Positions 55,231 to 64,000 of a stretch of DNA of 64,000 nt are shown here, one piece after another (position 1 is the stretch's first letter; every line of letters begins with the position of its first letter). Origin of the DNA: Auanema rhodensis (lineage: Eukaryota > Animalia > Nematoda); NCBI GenBank assembly GCA_964057225.1, contig OZ059900.1, positions 2,666,001 through 2,730,000 of the forward strand. The letters run 5' to 3'. The notes beneath the pieces were generated by a model. That model saw only the letters and a list, made by a program, of their open reading frames with translations. It searched no databases and was not told the DNA's origin. The position numbers and the translations under genes are program-made.

Positions 55231-56850
55231 ATTTGGCTAAATCGCTCATATATATGATCAAAAGCATAGTTTTACTGTCTATGATAACAAAAGTCTTCAA
55301 ATATACACTAATAATGATTAAATCACTGAATTTCACTCAAATAGCATTACTACACTAAGTATGGTCGTTTTTATGCCTTTAACACCATATACTCACCGAT
55401 TTTTGGTACAAAATCTGTGATACTCGTAAATTTTGATCATATTCGGTGAGATTCGAGAATCAAACACACAATACACGAAATAAGTTTATTTTTACGAGTT
55501 TGCACTGATATTTATTCATTTTGATCAAAAAAGGTCGAAAATAGAAAGAATTTTTGAAATTTCCGAGTTTTGAGTCTAATTTGGCTAAATCGCTCATATA
55601 TATGATCAAAAGCATAGTTTTATTGTCTATGACAACAAAAGTCATCAATTAAACGCTAGTGATGTTTAAATACTGAATTTCGCTCAAATAGCATTACTAC
55701 ACTAAGTATGGTCGTTTTTATGCCTTTAACACCATATACTCACCGATTTTTGGTACAAAATCTGTAATACTCGTAAATTTTGATCATATTCGTTAAGATT
55801 TGAGAATCAAACATACAATACACAAAATCAGTCTATTTTTATGAGCTTGCACTGATATATATTCATTTTGATCAAAAAAGGTCGAAAATAGAAAGAATTT
55901 TTGAAATTTACGAGTTTTGAGTCTAATTTGGCTAAATCGCTCATATATATGATCAGAAGCATAGTTTTATTGTCTATGACAACAAAAGTCATTAGTTAAA
56001 CACTAATGATGTTTTAATCACTAAATTTCGCTCAAATAGCATTACTACACTAAGTATGGTCGTTTTTATGCCTTTAACACCATATACTCACCGATTTTTG
56101 GTACAAAATCTGTAATACTTGTAAATTTTGATCATATTTGTTAAGATTCGAGAATCAAACACATAATACACGAAATAAGTCTATTTTTATGAGTTTGCAC
56201 TGATATTTATTCATTTTGATCAAAAAAGGTCGAAAATAGAAAGAATTTTTGAATTTTCCGAGTTTTGAGTCTAATTTGGCTAAATCGCTCATATATACGA
56301 TCAAAAGCATAGTTTTACTGTCTATGATAACAAAAGTCTTCAAATATACACTAATAATGTGTAAATCACTGAATTTCACTCAAATAGCATTACTACACTA
56401 AGTATGGTCGTTTTTATGCCTTTAACACCATATACTCACCGATTTTTGGTACAAAATCTGTAATACTCGTAAATTTTGATCATATTCGTTAAGATTTGAG
56501 AATCAAACATACAATACACAAAATCAGTCTATTTTTATGAGCTTGCACTGATATATATTCATTTTGATCAAAAAAGGTCGAAAATAGAAAGAATTTTTGA
56601 AATTTACGAGTTTTGAGTCTAATTTGGCTAAATCGCTCATATATATGATCAGAAGCATAGTTTTATTGTCTATGACAACAAAAGTCATTAATTAAACACT
56701 AATGATGTTTAAATCACTAAATTTCGCTCAAATAGCATTACTACACTAAGTATGGTCGTTTTTATGCGTTTAACACCATATACTCACCGATTTTTGGTAC
56801 AAAATCTGTAATACTTGTAAATTTTGATCATATTCGTTAAGATTCGAGAA

Positions 56851-59800
56851 TCAAACACATAATACACGAAATAAGTCTATTTTTATGAGTTTGCACTGAT
56901 ATTTATTCATTTTGATCAAAAAAGGTCGAAAATAGAAAGAATTTTTGAATTTTCCGAGTTTTGAGTCCAATTGGGCTAAATCGCTTATATATATGATCAA
57001 AAGCATAGTTTTACTGTCTATGATAACAAAAGTCTTCAAATATACACTAATAATGTGTAAATCACTGAATTTCACTCAAATAGCTTTACTACACTAAGTA
57101 TGGTCGTTTTTATGCCTTTAACACCATATACTCACCGATTTTTGGTACAAAATCTGTAATACTCGTAAATTTTGATCATATTCGTTAAGATTTGAGAATC
57201 AAACATACAATACACAAAATCAGTCTATTTTTATGAGCTTGCACTGATATATATTCATTTTGATCAAAAAAGGTCGAAAATAGAAAGAATTTTTGAAATT
57301 TCCGAGTTTTGAGTCTAATTTGGCTAAATCGCTCATATATATGATCAGAAGCATAGTTTTATTGTCTATGACAACAAAAATCATCAATTAAACGCTAGTG
57401 ATGTTTAAATACTAATTTTCGCTCAAATAGCATTACTACACTAAGTATGGTCGTTTTTATGCCTTTAACACCATATACTCACCGATTTTTGGTACAAAAT
57501 CTGTAATACTTGTAAATTTTGATCATATTCGTTAAGATTCGAGAATCAAACACATAATACACGAAATAAGTCTATTTTTACAAGTTTGCACTGATATTTA
57601 TTCATTTTGATCAAAAAAGATCGAAAATAGAAAGAATTTTTGAAATTTCCGAGTTTTGAGTCCAATTTGGCTAAATCGCTCATATATATGATCAAAAGCA
57701 TAGTTTTATTGTCTATAACAACAAAAGTCATCAATTAAACGCTAGTGATGTTTTAATACTGAATTTCGCCCAAATAGCATTACTACACTAAGTATGGTCG
57801 TTTTTATGCCTTTAACACCATATACTCACCGATTTTTGGTACAAAATCTGTGATACTCGTAAATTTTGATCATATTCGGTGAGATTCGAGAATCAAACAC
57901 ACAATACACGAAATAAGTTTATTTTGACGAGTTTGCACTGATATTTATTCATTTTGATCAAAAAAGGTCGAAAATAGAAAGATTTTTTGAAATTTCCGAG
58001 TTTTGAGTCTAATTTGGCTAAATCGCTCATATATATGATCAGAAGCATAGATGTATTGTCTATGACAACAAAAGTCATTAATTGAACACTAATGATGTTT
58101 AAATCACTGAATTTCGCTCAAATAGCATTACTACACTAAGGATGGTCGTTTTTATGCCTTTAACACCATATACTCACCGATTTTTGGTACAAAATCTGTG
58201 ATACTCGTAAATTTTGATCATATTCGTTAAGATTCGAGAATCAAACACACAATACACGGAATAAGTTCATTTTTACAAGTTTGCACTGATATTTATTCAT
58301 TTTGATCAAAAAAGGTCGAAAATAGAAAGAATTTTTGAAATTTACGAGTTTTGAGTCTAATTTGGCTAAATCGCTCATATATATGATCAGAAGCATAGTT
58401 TTATTGTCTATGACAACAAAAGTCATTAATTAAACACTAATGATGTTTAAATCACTAAATTTCGCTCAAATAGCATTACTACACTAAGTATGGTCGTTTT
58501 TATGCCTTTAACACCATATACTCACCGATTTTTGGTACAAAATCTGTAATACTTGTAAATTTTGATCATCTTCGTTAAGATTCGAGAATCAAACACAAAA
58601 TACACGAAATAAGTCTATTTTTATGAGTTTGCACTGATATTTATTCATTTTGATCAAAAAAGGTCGAAAATAGAAAGAATTTTTGAATTTTCCGAGTTTT
58701 GAGTCCAATTGGGCTAAATCGCTCATATATATGATCAAAAGCATAGTTTTACTGTCTATGATAACAAAAGTCTTCAAATATACACTAATAATGTGTAAAT
58801 CACTGAATTTCACTCAAATAGCTTTACTACACTAAGTATGGTCGTTTTTATGCCTTTAACACCATATACTCACCGATTTTTGGTACAAAATCTGTAATAC
58901 TTGTAAATTTTGATCATATTTGTTAAGATTCGAGAATCAAACACATAATACACGAAATAAGTCTATTTTTATGAGTTTGCACTGATATTTATTCATTTTG
59001 ATCAAAAAAGGTCGAAAATAGAAAGAATTTTTGAATTTTCCGAGTTTTGAGTCCAATTGGGCTAAATCGCTTATATATATGATCAAAAGCATAGTTTTAC
59101 TGTCTATGATAACAAAAGTCTTCAAATATACACTAATAATGTGTAAATCACTGAATTTCACTCAAATAGCTTTACTACACTAAGTATGGTCGTTTTTATG
59201 CCTTTAACACCATATACTCACCGATTTTTGGTACAAAATCTGTAATACTCGTAAATTTTGATCATATTCGTTAAGATTTGAGAATCAAACATACAATACA
59301 CAAAATCAGTCTATTTTTATGAGCTTGCACTGATATATATTCATTTTGATCAAAAAAGGTCGAAAATAGAAAGAATTTTTGAAATTTCCGAGTTTTGAGT
59401 CTAATTTGGCTAAATCGCTCATATATATGATCAGAAGCATAGTTTTATTGTCTATGACAACAAAAATCATCAATTAAACGCTAGTGATGTTTAAATACTA
59501 ATTTTCGCTCAAATAGCATTACTACACTAAGTATGGTCGTTTTTATGCCTTTAACACCATATACTCACCGATTTTTGGTACAAAATCTGTAATACTTGTA
59601 AATTTTGATCATATTCGTTAAGATTCGAGAATCAAACACATAATACACGAAATAAGTCTATTTTTACAAGTTTGCACTGATATTTATTCATTTTGATCAA
59701 AAAAGATCGAAAATAGAAAGAATTTTTGAAATTTCCGAGTTTTGAGTCCAATTTGGCTAAATCGCTCATATATATGATCAAAAGCATAGTTTTATTGTCT

Positions 59801-62800
59801 ATAACAACAAAAGTCATCAATTAAACGCTAGTGATGTTTTAATACTGAATTTCGCCCAAATAGCATTACTACACTAAGTATGGTCGTTTTTATGCCTTTA
59901 ACACCATATACTCACCGATTTTTGGTACAAAATCTGTGATACTCGTAAATTTTGATCATATTCGGTGAGATTTGAGAATCAAACACACAATACACGAAAT
60001 AAGTTTATTTTGACGAGTTTGCACTGATATTTATTCATTTTGATCAAAAAAGGTCGAAAATAGAAAGATTTTTTGAAATTTCCGAGTTTTGAGTCTAATT
60101 TGGCTAAATCGCTCATATATATGATCAGAAGCATAGATGTATTGTCTATGACAACAAAAGTCATTAATTGAACACTAATGATGTTTAAATCACTGAATTT
60201 CGCTCAAATAGCATTACTACACTAAGGATGGTCGTTTTTATGCCTTTAACACCATATACTCACCGATTTTTGGTACAAAATCTGTGATACTCGTAAATTT
60301 TGATCATATTCGTTAAGATTCGAGAATCAAACACACAATACACGGAATAAGTTCATTTTTACAAGTTTGCACTGATATTTATTCATTTTGATCAAAAAAG
60401 GTCGAAAATAGAAAGAATTTTTGAAATTTACGAGTTTTGAGTCTAATTTGGCTAAATCGCTCATATATATGATCAGAAGCATAGTTTTATTGTCTATGAC
60501 AACAAAAGTCATTAATTAAACACTAATGATGTTCAAATCACTAAATTTCGCTCAAATAGCATTACTACACTAAGTATGGTCGTTTTTATGCCTTTAACAC
60601 CATATACTCACCGATTTTTGGTACAAAATCTGTAATACTTGTAAATTTTGATCATCTTCGTTAAGATTCGAGAATCAAACACAAAATACACGAAATAAGT
60701 CTATTTTTATGAGTTTGCACTGATATTTATTCATTTTGATCAAAAAAGGTCGAAAATAGAAAGAATTTTTGAATTTTCCGAGTTTTGAGTCCAATTGGGC
60801 TAAATCGCTCATATATATGATCAAAAGCATAGTTTTACTGTCTATGATAACAAAAGTCTTCAAATATACACTAATAATGTGTAAATCACTGAATTTCACT
60901 CAAATAGCTTTACTACACTAAGTATGGTCGTTTTTATGCCTTTAACACCATATACTCACCGATTTTTGGTACAAAATCTGTAATACTCGTAAATTTTGAT
61001 CATATTCGTTAAGATTTGAGAATCAAACATACAATACACAAAATCAGTCTATTTTTATGAGCTTGCACTGATATATATTCATTTTGAACAAAAAAGGTCG
61101 AAAATAGAAAGAATTTTTGAAATTTCCGAGTTTTGAGTCTAATTTGGCTAAATCGCTCATATATATGATCAGAAGCATAGTTTTATTGTCTATGACAACA
61201 AAAATCATCAATTAAACGCTAGTGATGTTTAAATACTAATTTTCGCTCAAATAGCATTACTACACTAAGTATGGTCGTTTTTATGCCTTTAACACCATAT
61301 ACTCACCGATTTTTGGTACAAAATCTGTAATACTTGTAAATTTTGATCATATTCGTTAAGATTCGAGAATCAAACACATAATACACGAAATGAGTCTATT
61401 TTTACAAGTTTGCACTGATATTTATTCATTTTGATCAAAAAAGATCGAAAATAGAAAGAATTTTTGAAATTTCCGAGTTTTGAGTCCAATTTGGCTAAAT
61501 CGCTCATATATATGATCAAAAGCATAGTTTTATTGTCTATAACAACAAAAGTCATCAATTAAACGCTAGTGATGTTTTAATACTGAATTTCGCCCAAATA
61601 GCATTACTACACTAAGTATGGTCGTTTTTATGCCTTTAACACCATATACTCACCGATTTTTGGTACAAAATCTGTGATACTCGTAAATTTTGATCATATT
61701 CGGTGAGATTCGAGAATCAAACACACAATACACGAAATAAGTTTATTTTGACGAGTTTGCACTGATATTTATTCATTTTGATCAAAAAAGGTCGAAAATA
61801 GAAAGATTTTTTGAAATTTCCGAGTTTTGAGTCTAATTTGGCTAAATCGCTCATATATATGATCAGAAGCATAGATGTATTGTCTATGACAACAAAAGTC
61901 ATTAATTGAACACTAATGATGTTTAAATCACTGAATTTCGCCCAAATAGCATTACTACACTAAGTATGGTCGTTTTTATGCCTTTAACACCATATACTCA
62001 CCGATTTTTGGTACAAAATCTGTGATACTCGTAAATTTTGATCATATTCGTTAAGATTCGAGAATCAAACACACAATACACGAAATAAGTCTATTTTTAT
62101 GAGTTTGCACTGATATTTATTCATTTTGATCAAAAAAGGTCGAAAATAGAAAGAATTTTTGAATTTTCCGAGTTTTGAGTCTAATTTGGCTAAATCGCTC
62201 ATATATATGATCAGAAGCATAGTTTTATTGTCTATGATAACAAAAGTCTTCAAATATACACTAATAATGTGTAAATCACTGAATTTCACTCAAATAGCTT
62301 TACTACACTAAGTATGGTCGTTTTTATGCCTTTAACACCATATACTCACCGATTTTTGGTACAAAATCTGTAATACTTGTAAATTTTGATCATATTTGTT
62401 AAGATTCGAGAATCAAACACATAATACACGAAATAAGTCTCTTTTTATGAGTTTGCACTGATATTTATTCATTTTGATCAAAAAAGGTCGAAAATAGAAA
62501 GAATTTTTGAATTTTCCGAGTTTTGAGTCCAATTGGGCTAAATCGCTTATATATATGATCAAAAGCATAGTTTTACTGTCTATGATAACAAAAGTCTTCA
62601 AATATACACTAATAATGTGTAAATCACTGAATTTCACTCAAATAGCTTTACTACACTAAGTATGGTCGTTTTTATGCCTTTAACACCATATACTCACCGA
62701 TTTTTGGTACAAAATCTGTAATACTCGTAAATTTTGATCATATTCGTTAAGATTTGAGAATCAAACATACAATACACAAAATCAGTCTATTTTTATGAGC

Positions 62801-64000
62801 TTGCACTGATATATATTCATTTTGATCAAAAAAGGTCGAAAATAGAAAGAATTTTTGAAATTTCCGAGTTTTGAGTCTAATTTGGCTAAATCGCTCATAT
62901 ATATGATCAGAAGCATAGTTTTATTGTCTATGACAACAAAAATCATCAATTAAACGCTAGTGATGTTTAAATACTAATTTTCGCTCAAATAGCATTACTA
63001 CACTAAGTATGGTCGTTTTTATGCCTTTAACACCATATACTCACCGATTTTTGGTACAAAATCTGTAATACTTGTAAATTTTGATCATATTCGTTAAGAT
63101 TCGAGAATCAAACACATAATACACGAAATAAGTCTATTTTTACAAGTTTGCACTGATATTTATTCATTTTGATCAAAAAAGATCGAAAATAGAAAGAATT
63201 TTTGAAATTTCCGAGTTTTGAGTCCAATTTGGCTAAATCGCTCATATATATGATCAAAAGCATAGTTTTATTGTCTATAACAACAAAAGTCATCAATTAA
63301 ACGCTAGTGATGTTTTAATACTGAATTTCGCCCAAATAGCATTACTACACTAAGTATGGTCGTTTTTATGCCTTTAACACCATATACTCACCGATTTTTG
63401 GTACAAAATCTGTGATACTCGTAAATTTTGATCATATTCGGTGAGATTCGAGAATCAAACACACAATACACGAAATAAGTTTATTTTGACGAGTTTGCAC
63501 TGATATTTATTCATTTTGATCAAAAAAGGTCGAAAATAGAAAGATTTTTTGAAATTTCCGAGTTTTGAGTCTAATTTGGCTAAATCGCTCATATATATGA
63601 TCAGAAGCATAGATGTATTGTCTATGACAACAAAAGTCATTAATTGAACACTAATGATGTTTAAATCACTGAATTTCGCTCAAATAGCATTACTACACTA
63701 AGGATGGTCGTTTTTATGCCTTTAACACCATATACTCACCGATTTTTGGTACAAAATCTGTGATACTCGTAAATTTTGATCATATTCGTTAAGATTCGAG
63801 AATCAAACACACAATACACGGAATAAGTTCATTTTTACAAGTTTGCACTGATATTTATTCATTTTGATCAAAAAAGGTCGAAAATAGAAAGAATTTTTGA
63901 AATTTACGAGTTTTGAGTCTAATTTGGCTAAATCGCTCATATATATGATCAGAAGCATAGTTTTATTGTCTATGACAACAAAAGTCATTAATTAAACACT
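56851..64000. repeat. 6-monomer HOR (2086 bp) with shortened derivatives, about 4 copies, running off the window
   Basis: The AAAAGATCG-marked monomer occurs at 57546, 59632, 61370 and 63108 (spacings 2086, 1738, 1738). Companion markers are GAAAGATTTT, CTAAGGATGG, CACGGAATAAGTTC and TCGCTTAT. Confidence 0.9.

Larger units (their letters stand above)
1..64000. repeat. Tandem satellite DNA array, 347/348-bp AT-rich monomer, about 184 head-to-tail copies; open at both window ends
   Basis: The same unit recurs continuously. The anchor TCAAACAC/TCAAACAT occurs at 202, 550, 897 ... 63455, 63803, and ORF-track coordinates step in multiples of 347/348. All copies are in the same orientation and no non-satellite sequence was seen. 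Confidence 0.99.

Noticed and set aside
202-63988. Dozens of near-identical 61-101 aa minus-strand ORFs (…MLLIIYMSDLAKLDSKLGNFKNSFYFRPFLIKMNKYQCK…) resembling a tandem gene array
   Set aside because: They are one incidental frame of the satellite. Start and stop positions vary with the haplotype module and more than half of the monomers have no listed ORF. Many starts are non-ATG, variants are largely non-synonymous or nonsense, and no domain is recognisable. The most conserved DNA block lies mostly outside the ORF.
1-64000. CRISPR-like or diversity-cassette interpretation (constant blocks alternating with variable blocks)
   Set aside because: The variable blocks are homologous alleles differing by SNVs, not unique spacers. 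The unit length is far from CRISPR dimensions and no cas, recombinase or RT gene is present.
1-64000. Whole array as an assembly or concatemer artefact
   Set aside because: Monomers carry structured, position-dependent variants and duplicated blocks differ by private SNVs, which rolling-circle or collapse artefacts would not produce. Individual near-identical duplications still need read confirmation.

Overview
The whole 64 kb window is one uninterrupted, head-to-tail, single-orientation array of an AT-rich (roughly 70% A+T by eye) satellite DNA with a 347/348-bp monomer, about 184 copies. I see no genes, transposons, inversions or unique sequence. All ORFs in the track are the same incidental minus-strand frame of the monomer and I do not call them CDS. 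The structure is layered. (1) The monomer looks like an anciently diverged dimer of about 169 + 179 bp. It carries several short palindromes and a run of A/T tracts phased at about 10 bp. (2) Each monomer has two nearly invariant blocks flanked by variable blocks. These occur as a few discrete haplotypes that are shuffled between monomers, and many of the differences are CpG->TpG/CpA. (3) Local higher-order repeats (HORs) change along the array: 5-mer, 12-mer, 3-in-10-mer, 13-mer with an internal 6-mer duplication, 11/23-mer, 5-mer and 6/5-mer. They include chimeric junction monomers and one 20-bp-deleted monomer. This fits a eukaryotic centromeric, pericentromeric or subtelomeric satellite. 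The sequence alone does not let me name the organism, the family or the chromosomal location. I found no evidence for a new protein-coding or CRISPR-like system; any novelty is in the satellite architecture. HOR boundaries were read by eye and are approximate.
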